Below, in pieces: positions 52,300 through 64,000 of a DNA stretch of 64,000 bases. Under the pieces are notes generated by a model. That model ran no database searches and was not told where the DNA came from. It worked only from the letters and a program-made list of their open reading frames with translations. The DNA is taken from positions 57,784,001 to 57,848,000 of the forward strand of contig NC_043013.1 of the NCBI RefSeq assembly GCF_006345805.1. The letters run 5' to 3'. The stretch comes from Octopus sinensis. Taxonomy: Eukaryota. Numbering within the stretch: position 1 is the first letter of the stretch; each line of letters begins with the position of its first letter. A program made the translations under genes and the position numbers.

Positions 52300-53189
52300 T
52301 CCGGTATAAGGGCGATAATCGCTATATTTTTCTTTTCCCCCTGTTTAATATTTTTTTCTAATATATTTAACCCCTAATGCATTCGCTTTATTGATAAGAC
52401 TCTTCTTCTCAGTTATTAAGTAATATGCCTACTCACATTAAATGATAGACTTTTCTGCAAAATGAATAAATATTAGATTTATAATTTCTACTTTAATCCA
52501 ACGTATCAATATAATCAACATCTATTAAATAAATGTGGAGCTGATGTGTGTGGGTGTATAGGAATCTCTGTAATTCTCTTTAACTTTTTTCTTGCGAATA
52601 TAGGTGGTTATTATAACCATTTGACATTGACCTAGTTTTCTTGATACAAGATCTGTTTGCCAAATAGTAGTAAATAACTCCTAGGTCATTATAACTCCCT
52701 CTCCACCTTTATTTCTTAATGAATAATTTCTGACATTTACTTAAGCCCATTTCTATAAATAGAAAGCCCCTTTTGTCTCCTTCAACTGAATGTGCCTCGC
52801 AACCTTCTATCAGTTCAAAATAACTTAAAGAACTCTTCAGTCATAAGATAAGCTCTACTACATCAATGTTCTTAAAATTCAAATCAACATCTTTGTCTAT
52901 ATATCTACCTTCTCTATAATGTTATGAATTTATATGAAAATTATGTATTAATGGGAAACCTCTATAAATGGCTGATGATTGCTCAACAGTTTGAAACTGT
53001 TGTAATATTTACAATATTTAATAAAATGATGTAGCGTGAAACGATCGTACCAAATTACCGGAGATATTCTTGTTGCTTATTTTGATTATAATCACCAATC
53101 ACCCCATGGATTTATATGGATAACACCATACTAAGTTCTGGTTCATCTAACTTAAGTACTATATTCATCTGAATCTAAATTTTGCTGAA

Positions 53190-53190
<1 letters not shown>
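52300..53190 (-). pseudogene. Paralogous segment P3, putative decayed ankyrin-like gene
   Basis: Homologous to P1 and P2; translation IVLKLDEP...GDYNQNKQQEY, YDRFTLHHFIKYCKYYNSF, IDKDVDLNFKN, RDSYTPTHIS, LINKANALG. Confidence 0.33.
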
Positions 53191-53242
<52 letters not shown>

Positions 53243-53519
53243 CATTCATACATGTGTGTGTGTGTGTGTGTGTGTGTATCCATTTAGCTTTACACAATTA
53301 GTAGTACAGAAGTAATGACAATATCAATAATTATTTTTTATTCAAAGAATCTTTTTACAATACAATTGATGACGTAGACATATATATTTGTTAATGATAT
53401 ATATTCCAATTTTTATTTATTTACTAACGAGAAATCTATCTCAGAACATCTACCAGTGCTGTCTGCATTGCTGTTAGCATTACAATAACCATCATCTGTA
53501 GTGATGAGTTCGTTGTTGC

Positions 53520-55430
53520 TGTTGTATATTTCATCATGTATCTAGATTATTACGCGCCAATAGATAATATATGTTGATATCACATATACATAATATTACA
53601 TATCATGTGTCTTGGTAGTGTATTTTGATATTATTTATTCTTGGTACTGTCTATATTTGACATCATATGTCTATGAAAGAGAACAAGAACATCGTCAATC
53701 TCTTAACTCCCTGTTGCAAGCATGGCGAAGTCCCACAAGATATGAATGATGCCAACATAGTGACCCTATATAAGAACAAGGGAGACGAGAGAGATTGTAA
53801 CAACTAGAGAGGCATTTCATTGTTGAGTATTACAGGAAAAAGTATTTGCCCAAATACTGTTGAAGCAGCTGAAGAATTTAGCGGAGAGAGTTCTTTCAGA
53901 AAGTTAATGCAGCTTCAGATTGAGCGCTTAATAATGGATATTTTCTCTTTGACTGCTGCAGGTGTCTACCTTCACTGAAGAAATGATAGGGGCTTTTTCA
54001 ATATTGCACACCCCGGAGCAAAACTCAAGTCGAAGTCAACCTTCAACAGAGTCTTCCTCTTTGCAGATGTCGCAGCATTTGTTGCTCACAGTGAGTCGAC
54101 TCTACTGCCAATGATGGAGCAGCTTTTAGAAGCCTACGAAGCATTTCCTCTTGTAATCAGCGCCCAGAAGACCGTCATTCTGTCACAAGATGGCACCACT
54201 CAAGATAACATCATGCTGGACAAGCCTTTGGAAGTTGTAAAGGATATCTGCTATTTCGGGTCCACAATGACTTCGACAACTTCCCAGAACGAAGAAATAT
54301 ATATATCAGGTTGGAAAATCTCCTGCAACCTTCGATAAACTCAGCAAGAGAGCATGGAATAACAAGATGCTCACAGTGAAAACCAAAATTAGTATTTGTG
54401 AAGCATGCATACTGAGCACCCTCCTCAATGGGTCACAGGACAAGAGAAGTAGCTCAATGTCTATCATCTGTGATGCTTGCGCAGGATCCTTGGCATCACC
54501 TTCCAAGACAAAGTAACCAACATAGAGATCTTGAAAAAGGCAGCTCTTTCGAGCATGACAACAATTCTGTGCAAAAGATGGATCGGAAATTTGAAACGGC
54601 TGGATGACAACGGAACTGGAGTGCAGTTGTTATATGCGAGTTGGCTGATGGTAGTAGATCCAGAGGACAACAAAACTGAGCTTCATGAATACATGTGAGT
54701 TTCAGCTGACCAAGTCTCACATGGATGCTAAGACTTCGGAAATAGTAGATGAAGACAAAACAGCATGGAGAACCTCAGGGAGCAAAGGCCTTCGATGCGA
54801 AACACAAAAAAAAAGAAAGATAGCAGACCGCAGCCTTGCAGCACCTTCTCTGCTTGCAGTTTTTACGGCAGAATTTGGCCATTTAACGTAGGAAGGATCG
54901 ACCATGAGAAAAGTTGTAGGAACATGGCTACAAGACCCTAATGATGACATTCTCAACTGATTTGACCGTCTGTCAAGACGGTGAGGGCTATACAAGCCTG
55001 TATAAAACAATGACATTTTTATATTACATATGTTTAATATCATATAATTGAACAATATTCCGTATTCTGATGTCTCTTATTTTATAAATCACCTGTAAAT
55101 ATTGTAGTACATTTCATCACGCATATTAACATCATCTATCTATGAACACTCTCCTATATGTTGATATCAACGTAGCTTTGATGTATTTGTTACTGTCATA
55201 TATATGAGAATATTGTAATATTTTCCAATCATATATCCCTGATATCACGTATAATTGAACATTGTGTTAGATTTTGTTATAACATATCTTTGATATCAAA
55301 TGTTTATGAATATTGTGCTCTATTTCGATATCATATATCTGTAAACAAGATATATTTTGTTATCATATATCTATGATATCAAATATCGATAAGCATTTTG
55401 TTTTATTTTGATATGTTGCCTATTGCTCTT
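53520..55430. repeat. Degenerate minisatellite with a recurring TGATATCA-YATAT-like motif, split by an RTE fragment
   Basis: Motif variants at about 53575, 53625, 53657, then 55161, 55239, 55290, 55325, 55373, 55408. Confidence 0.55.
53678..55005 (+). mobile_element. Old RTE-clade LINE fragment with internal deletions
   Basis: DMNDANIVTLYKNKGDERDCNN*RGISLLS, LLFADV, MRRILGITFQDKVTNIEIL; homologous to the RTE at 21.9-25.8 kb. Confidence 0.88.
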
Positions 55431-56599
55431 GATAGGCGCTGAGATATTCTGCATTTAACATATTTACATTTGTTTATCAAACGGATAGCTTTCAGATTTC
55501 AACTCGGCTGCTAAGAACATAAGTGGTTATGTAATGCGCCAATGGACGCCTTGAGAGCTGTGGATTGCTCTAAGAGAAATAATGGTAAAATTCCTCTCAC
55601 ATCATATCCTACACTCCAAATTTCATACCAGAATATGACTTAGCTGTGTGTGTAGGAAAACAGGGTGTGTTTGTCACCCCAGGAACGTCTTTGATAGCAT
55701 TTCTTTTGTACATGAATCCTAAAGTAAAGCAGAAAAGCAATATCAATGGTAATTAAAATATTAATATCCACATTAATTCTAAATCTTATTTGATCCAAAT
55801 CCTGATAAATCCTTACAAATCTAAATCGTTACATGCAAGTATAAACACTCTTTAGAAGTGTTTAGAATTACTTTTTTGTCGATGAACAGAATCTATCACA
55901 TTGAAATATTTATGAAAACGTCGAGTATTCTCGGCGAAGCAGTAATACGGTGATTTATTAATGAGTGATACGGAAAGATAAGATTTTAGCCATCACTACG
56001 TTCATAAATACAGTAAATACAATAAAAAAATTACTTGATGCACGAAGACAGCCACAAACGCCTGATGTGTTTATGATAGGACCTCGCAATGGACAGGCTG
56101 CTAAAATCTTTGTGTGGATTAATAAACACTGCTAGCTTGTTCTGTAATGGTGTATATGTATGTATATACGCAGAGAAATGTAAATACATGTATGTATGGA
56201 GTGAGAGGGAGAGAGAATGCGTATATATGTACGGCTTAGTGGTTAGATTGTTGCTCTCATGCTGCTCTTACGATGCAAGATTCCAGCGTTCAACAGACAG
56301 AGGTTTTATTTAGGAAGAATGCTGGCCTGTCCCCGAGCCAGCCGTGGTGGTGTATATTTGAAAGTTACAAAAATGCGAGGACACAGTTGAGTACAGAAAC
56401 AGAGACATCTGATAGTCTGGATGCTACAGCAATCCAATGATGTGTGTGTGCGCATGCGTGCGTTCGTATAAATACACACATTCATTCCATGCACATCGCC
56501 ACACTCTTCCGAGCAAACTCATGCTTCATATTCCCTGACATTTCAGAATATATTTATTAAAACTGTATAATCAAAATACAAATATGTCTCTGATTCATT

Positions 56600-59150
56600 A
56601 CATCATTTTGTTAATAAATATGAAAGATAAGAATTGCACGGATCACTGGCCCCGTATCTATATATTCACATCTGACGACACTTAATAATGCGGTGAATCC
56701 AATTCCCTATAACTATGTACTCCAGTTATTTCAGTGGTAATCTTAATCCACAACCGGTTGCAACACCAGCTCTTGTATCTTCCATGTCATCAGTTTAGTC
56801 GCTTCTCTGGCAAAGATTCAAACCTCAAATCGCCATTTTAAGAAGATAAAACTCGGTGTCTTTATTGCCTCATGCTTCAGCAAAGTACGATTTGTGATTT
56901 CTATCGATACTTCGAGCAATAATTGCCCTTCCTGTGCAGATCACGCAATATAAGAATTGATAAAATGTGTCCGGTTGTTCGTCATATGTAAATTACTAAG
57001 ATCCATGTGATTGGTTGTAAGACAGCATAAACTTAAGGCAAAACATTCAAGAAATCATCAACATTACCAGTTAAAGAGACACTAGCAAATGTGTCTGATT
57101 CTCTTCCGCCAAATCTCTGTCAAAAGTGGCGACATTCTTCTTCAAACCTTCATTTATTGAATGTGTATATATGCGTGCATGTATATTAGAACATATGTAT
57201 ATATGAGTACACGCATGCATTTAACGAGGTATGTATTAAGCGTGAGTGGAAAATAGAGCAACGAGATTAAATCAATGATTTAGCTAAAAGATGAAGACTT
57301 GATAATAGAGAATTGTCTGCCATCTCATCCCAACTCGCTTTCGGTTAGAAATAGAAAACTTCAAATGTGAATCACATTCCAAATGGCCTGTTTATCAGGG
57401 GTCAAAAGTTGAAACCTCTAAACTGATTTCAAATTTAGACCTCAGTATTCACTTAGCAATGACCTCCTTTCAATTATTTTATAACATAGCTGATAGCTTA
57501 TTAAAACTGCATAATTCCTTTTAAGCTTTCATTGAAAATGTGAGACAATAGTCTAGCTTATAATATATAATATTTATAACATTCATAGATAAAATCATCA
57601 ACATTAGTGAAATATGTGTAACGGGAACACACAATAATCACGGCATTTGTCAGATTTTATTAATTGACTTTCATACGTTATTGGCATCTCGCCTATTTTC
57701 TGACAAAAGAACTAAACCTACATCGTTGGAAATCATGCAGAAAGAGACCAACTTTTGTCTTTCTCATTCTCTATGTCTTTATCATTCTTTATCGGTTTTA
57801 TGGCAATGACAAAGCACACGATAACTGTGTTGCCACAACAAAAGAATGAAAGAACATCTATTTGTTTACGGGTGGCGTTTAAAATTCCTGTGTTATGAAA
57901 AGGTCGCTACTTTGGATTCTTGCTTATACAAATCTGAGACAATAGATGATATCAAGAATGGTTCTAAATCTGTGACTAAATGCTTATTTGCAAAATAATT
58001 CTAAAAGCTAGTTACTTATCTCTCTGCATGCTGTCGCAATGTTATTTTTGCAGGTGAGCTTTGTGGAGTTCCTTTGGCGTTGATCATTTTTAAATTGATG
58101 GTAATTGTTAACGCTGTCTGCTCTAAAGAGGGGCACTCAAATAGAAATAGCCAGATAAATTTGCTCCTGCTTCTACTAAGAGAAGATAGTCATTCCCCGT
58201 GGATATAAGCCTCTAGTAAATATAGTGAACATTATTTTTAAACTGCTAAATTAAGCGCAAAACATCCATTCCATATTGAGGATATCAAATTTATCTGACG
58301 CAGGCATATTATAGCTGCATATTGGTTCAGGATGTTAAGTATCTCGGCTACACTTGTGTCTGTAGAGATAAACTAAACAGAATGTAAAATCACGTTCAGT
58401 TGTTAAAAGAAGCCATTGTCTTAGTATTGAAATATGCCATGTTTCGTAAAATCACCACCCTAGTTAACAAACGGTTTTCTTTAGATTTTTTTCCTTTTTT
58501 TTCTCTTTTCATATAACCTCTTGACGCTTGAATCATTAACAGTAACATATTTTATTACATTCCTGGCGAACAATAAAAGTAAATCCTGATTGCTTGTTCT
58601 AATATTTATAAGAATAACAAATATTGGAATCGGTTGTCTTATCAGCTAGGCCATATATAATTGTATCATGGTTGTTACTCAATTTTCGGATAAATTTTAT
58701 TTGTCTCCATAGTGCTTTCATATTTGTTGCCGTCAAAACCTTGTTTGATATATCGATAAAATTGACAATTACCTCTAAAGATATCGAAGTAACATTGTAG
58801 ACTAAACAATATCGACAGGAATTTGCTCTGCAATGCCATAACTAACCAAACATTATCACCAAACCAATTACTTGTATTCGTTTATGCTATTGCTTGATTC
58901 AGTCACCGAATTGCGACACAGCTGGGACACAGTGCCAAAGGACATAGTCAATCAAATTGAGACTAATACTTGTTTTGAACATGGTAATTTTTCTGTTGGT
59001 GCCGTTTTACTGAACCACTAAGTGACAGCAATATTAACAGATCAGTAATGGATGGCAAAATACGAAAAAAACATAAATACTCTCACGTATCCATAATATG
59101 CGGCGAGTTTCCATACATTTTGTGAGTGAGAAATTAATTCGGGACCATAG
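56600..59150 (-). pseudogene. Putative decayed multi-ankyrin-repeat gene
   Basis: NVWKLAAYYGYVRVF (59075-59119), GDNVWLVMA (58834-58860), GNDYLLLVEAGANLS (58153-58197), GIGFTALLSVV (about 56674-56706); no open frame. Confidence 0.42.
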
Positions 59151-59784
59151 CTGTAATCATGCGATTACGAAACGGACTCGTAAACTCACAAATATGACTG
59201 CACCTACATCTAATTTTAGGACATTCCAGTTTATTCATACCATACTTAAAACATTCCAACCGTAGAATAAACGGGATGCATTTTTTATCCAAATATATGA
59301 AATGAAGTTGCATTCAATGAGAGGAAATTGGATCTACACTTCCTATCATAACATCAAGCAGACTTCTCTAGTTATTTTCCAGTCTAACTAGTGCAACATA
59401 TAGCTTTCTCTTGTTGAGGTCAACCTTTTATTTGTACAGACAAGTACAATTCGAGATAAGTACAATTCTATTGGTATTTACTAATAAAACTTTCAGGTAT
59501 CGCAGGTTCACAATTTTAGGATTGTTAGCTAAGAATGCCAAATCTGTTTTTCATAACCACATGAGAACGCATAAGACGAAGCGGAAGCTAGCACAAACGC
59601 ATGCGTCCTAGGATGCTTTGACGTCATTCATAGCCCACTTTGTTATAACAAATGTCATCAAGAAGGAGGAGTCCCGCGCCGAACTAATTTAACAGTGGCA
59701 ACATTTCCCATGTCCGAGTGTGCGACTTTTCGTGAATATATTTTACAGTCTGTTCATCAGATTCGTGTGATATCATATTCTGAT

Positions 59785-59801
59785 ATATATATATATATGT
59801 G

Positions 59802-59859
<58 letters not shown>

Positions 59860-59915
59860 TATATATATATGTGTGTGTGTTGTGTGTATATATATATGTG
59901 TGTGTGTGTGTGTAT
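59785..59915. repeat. (TA)n/(TG)n microsatellite
   Basis: Seen directly. Confidence 0.95.
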
Positions 59916-59919
59916 CCTC

Positions 59920-62893
59920 CCCCTCTTCTCCTCACTACACCACATGACTTTACACATCACATCACATATGATGTGCCATACTAATACACACACCAACTAA
60001 TACATACTAATACGTACTAATACACTAGTACATACTAATACTTACACCACCCTATACATACACACGTCCAGACCCCGCATACGCACTTATACTCTCTCAC
60101 ACACACACACACACACCTATACATACCAATACGTACTAATACATACTAATACATACTAATACATACACCAACCCCATACATACGCACGTCCAGACCAATC
60201 CTACGCACTAATACTCTCTCATACACACACACACACACACACCCCCTTATACATACTAATACATACACCAACCCTATACATACACACATCCGACCCCTCC
60301 CACGCTTTTTAGCTGGTCCCTCAACCCCTTTATCAACCCTATTATCTCCCCTTATTTCGCTCTCGCGTCTCATGTTTGATCTTTGACCTCTGGCCGAAAT
60401 CAGATCGCCATGTTGATTCGTTAGCTACTGCACGCATTTTTTTTCTCTCCTTCTTTCTGTGTTTTTCTCTCTCTGTGTATCTTCTGTTGAAGAGCGTAGG
60501 CTCGAAACGTTAAAGACTTGTTTTATTTATATTTCCTGAGCGCCATACTAATACAATTGTTCGTTTGTTTTCCACCTGCCTTCGTCTTTCGTTTATTTTC
60601 ATAAAGCTTCCCGTTATATATTATGCGCTCACGTGGTCTCACTTTCATCCTATATTCTACCAATACCACTATCAACACTTACCTCTACCTTGGATTTTCT
60701 TTACCTCTTGGATACGTACCATTGGCTGCACCTCTCTTTCGCGGATCAAAGTGACTTTGCATTGATGTGAAATCCTTAAAAAATATACCACGACGACTAC
60801 ACATTTCTCACCTTGAACTTTCAACCTTGAACTTGTTCGCATAAACTGTCCCGTTTGTTGTATTTTTATTTTCTCTTATATTACCACTTTTTTTACATTC
60901 ATTTCATGCTTTCCACATTTTCCTGAATTTTTGTTCTCCTTTCCGTCTTTCTTCCCTCTCTGAATGTCCATACTCCGTTTCCTCTGCCTGCACCCCCCTT
61001 TTTTTGCCTCCCCCTCTCTCTGCTTCCCTTCTTTCTTTCCCTTTTCTGTTTGCCCCGTCTTTTCTGCCCCTATCGCTTACTTATCTAGTTTTTTCATACG
61101 ATTATTATTTTTTGTTTTTTTGAACGTTTGTTTTTCCCCTTTTTTCGCTATCCTTTTTTTCTATTTTTTTCATACGATAATTTTTTTTTTTTTTTCGACG
61201 AACGCTTTTTTCCGCTATCCCATCATGCCGGATCCTAGGTCCTACCTCCTCACCCTCCATCACCGTTTAAGGATCATCTACGTTCGCTTCCTGTATATGC
61301 CTTCAGCCGTCCGTTAATCTCTCTCTACTTCTTTTTAAAAAACCCGCTTCTCTAGCCATGTCTCTTTCCTAAGCCGCTGCCTACATCACCGACTCATCCC
61401 TAAAGGTTTCCGCCTCCACTTCCACCCTGCTCTCCACTCGGATTCTCCATCTTACCCATACTCCGCACCACATCTTACCGCCTTATGCGGGCCACCATTT
61501 CCTCCAATCTCTCCAAACTACATGCCATCAACCGCCTTCTTCCTCCTGCTTTCTCCACCTTCTTCTCCTCTCTGCCGCCTCTCTATGCTCCAAACACGCT
61601 ACGCTTCATTATCCATTTGAATCAACTCTTCCATCAATTTCTTTCTGATACCAAACTTCGTAAACTCCAATCACTCCTCCATTCCACCCTACCCGACGCC
61701 ACTACCCCAACTCCTCCATCACCCTTCTCCCCTCCCTATAGGCTCCATCCACCCACACCTAACCCCACTGCCCCTCCCTACAACCGCTTCTCCCCTCCCG
61801 TTAGGCTCCATCCACCTACACCTAACCCTACTGCCCGCCGCAACCACCCCCACCACCTCCCCAATCCCTCCCCCTCAGACCTCCACGAGACCTACCACCC
61901 CACCTACCACCCTCCTACTTCTATTCCACGCACCCCTTCTCCACTTCTGTCTGTTGTTACCTTTCCCCCCGATCTTCCCCTCTCTGCGGTAGGGGTCTGC
62001 GTTTCATCCCCCTCACTCCATCCTGTAAGGAATTCCAGACGCGAGTTGATGTCCACAGCTTTGTGCGCCGTGTCCGGTTGGGTGCGCATTACCACGACTC
62101 GCCACCCACACCCAACGAAGAGGACGACTGCTTCACTGGCCTGGGCCGCCGACCATCCCCGTGGACGCCTGCCCCTGGCCAGATCCTAGCAGTGGATCTT
62201 TTCGCGGGCGCTTGTCAGCGTGTATTGAAGCGGTTCAACTTCTCCAGGCGCCAACGCCGCCTCAACATCTCCCCGGCTGAGCTCTTGGCTCTTCGTTCCC
62301 TCCAACGGCGCACTGATATTATCATCAAACCGGCTGACAAGGGTGGAGCTGTAGTGGTGTGGCGCGCGGACCTCTATAGGGCCGAGGCTTTCCGCCAACT
62401 CAATGACACCTCCTTCTATTCCCCTCTGCCCTCTAAACCCACACGTAGCTACCAACAGACGGTATCCTCTACTGTCCAAGACCTCATCTCGTCCTCCCGT
62501 CTTCCCCGCACCGCATCCAACCTAATTGTGCGAACCCCACGTACCCCCACCATTTACTTCCTCCCCAAAATCCACAAACCCAACAACCCTGGCCGCCCCA
62601 TCGTCTCCGCCTGTAACTGCCCCACGGAGCTCATCTCTAAATACCTCGACCGTGTCCTTGCCCCCCTAGTGGCATCTCTTCCCTCCCACATCCACGATAC
62701 CAACCATGCTCTCCGGCTTTTCAACTCTTTCTCCTTTCCTCCCGGCTCCTCCAAAATCCTTTTTACTATGAACATCCAAAGCCTCTATACTGTTATCCCT
62801 CACCACGAAGGCCCTTCGACACTTTCTTGACCTCCGCTCTAACCCTGTACCTGACACCTCCACACTCATTCGTCTGGCCGAACTTGTCCTTAC
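59920..62893 (+). mobile_element. Penelope-like element: upstream terminal repeat plus N-terminal ORF and RT start; 3'-truncated
   Basis: HVSFLSRCLHHRLIPKGF; ORF 62063-62830 IIKPADKGGAVVV...YFLPKIHKPNNPGRPIVS...MNIQSLYT (PLE RT); CA/CTAATA microsatellite and a hammerhead-like motif in the upstream repeat. Confidence 0.92.
60480..60516 (+). ncRNA. Non-canonical minimal hammerhead-like motif in the PLE terminal repeat
   Basis: tctt CTGTTGA a gagc-gtag-gctc GAAACGTTA aaga; A6 to U change in the core. Confidence 0.5.
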
Positions 62894-62930
<37 letters not shown>

Positions 62931-62966
62931 GGTGTTTGTGCGTGTGTGTGTATGCATAGATATATA

Positions 62967-63590
62967 TTGGGTCATCCCATAACTGCGATTTTTAAATACT
63001 TTTATTCTACAAAATTAAGATATACAAAGATTTTTAATCTAAAATATATCCCACTTCATTTTCTACAATACTCCTCGATCTATCTGGGAGAATTGGAAGC
63101 CCCGCCCCACTCCCAGAATTCACTCGTCCGTGACGAAAAATACTCCTCCAATACTGTTCCGACCGCGTTTACGGAATTGATATTTTTTTCCGTCCAAATG
63201 ATTTTGAAGGTTGCGGAATAAATGATAATCAGATGGGGGAATGTCTGGCAAATATGGTAGGTGGGGCATCGTTTCCCATTCGCACTGCTCCAGTCTTTGG
63301 AATGTCATCCTCGCTGTATGTGGCCTAGCATTATCCTGATGGAAGAACAACTTTCGTCTTGAAACCAAAGATGGTCGTGTTTCTTTTAGCCCTGGCTTAA
63401 GCTGCTCACGTTGCTCGCGGTAGATGTCCTTTGTTATCGTTTGGTTTGGGTTTAGAAGTTCATATCCCACCAAACAGATAACAACACCTTATGCGGATGA
63501 ATATCTTCTTTAGCCTGGGGTGCCAGTGTCTCTCCCGATAGCACACAGGTGTTGATGAATGATTGGGAACTGCGTGTCTGATTAAAAATG
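62967..63590 (-). mobile_element. Mariner transposon, 3' half with one TIR
   Basis: TA plus ttgggtcatcccataac (like the TIR at 4994); KVLLSVWW, FHQDNARPH, PYLPDIPPSDYHLF. Confidence 0.92.
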
Positions 63591-64000
63591 TAAGTCTTAA
63601 TACTTGTAGTTTTATTGTCTTTCAAGCGGTTTTACTGTCTTTTAAACAGCTTAATTAGCATTAAACGTAGCCAGGTTTATAATATTAGTTTATTACAAGT
63701 ACTTTTTTAGTTCCTATTTATGAAATTTAAGTATATATTAGTCACTGGTAATTAAATATTAGAACTCGTAGTGGTGATATATTGAGTATGTAGTGTTTTA
63801 TTATTAACTTTTGAATGAAGAAATAATGTATTTCACTGATAAAAATACGAGTTTGAATTAATTTCAATCGCGTTTGGTATTTAAAAATTTTATAAGGCTC
63901 GAAATTTCATTATAGTATTATCTATGGAAGACTAGTAGGATTATTATTTATATGGTCTTAAAGATTGATTGTAATTTAGTTATTGCAGTTTACTACTAAT

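Noticed and set aside
52970-53045. C/D-box snoRNA (TGATGA/CTGA-like words)
   Set aside because: The boxes are in the wrong arrangement and there is no terminal stem.
59720-59765. CTGATGA...GAAA on the minus strand as another hammerhead
   Set aside because: Stems I, II and III do not pair.
63600-64000. AT-rich terminal stretch
   Set aside because: No ORF, repeat structure or homology within the window that I can support.

Overview
AT-rich, repeat-dominated eukaryotic (animal) genomic DNA with no intact host gene that I can support. The SINE and repeat sequences resemble those I recall from Octopus (coleoid cephalopod); this is recognition, not a database result. Most of the window is mobile DNA and microsatellite. 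It holds four R4/Dong-like RLE LINE fragments (0.5-8.9 kb), at least eight CR1-group LINE fragments from about three subfamilies, one near-full-length and one decayed RTE LINE, tRNA-derived SINE pieces, two mariner copies and one rosa-like Tc1/mariner, a complete non-autonomous Helitron, a foldback/MITE-like element and several Penelope-like element (PLE) pieces. Notable non-standard features are: (i) type I hammerhead ribozyme motifs next to PLE-type ends, one near-canonical (45553-45603, minus); (ii) large inverted duplications (about 1.0 kb and 2.8 kb palindromes) and a near-perfect 1696-bp tandem duplication; (iii) a 181-bp satellite with a 3-mer higher-order structure; (iv) a 3' hairpin with compensatory changes shared by the SINE and the CR1 LINEs; (v) AT-rich spacer DNA that repeatedly translates into ankyrin-like motifs and includes three paralogous segments, possibly a decayed ankyrin-repeat gene cluster. 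Frequent single-base indels in otherwise young elements suggest uncorrected long-read errors, so the palindromes and frameshifts need raw-read validation.
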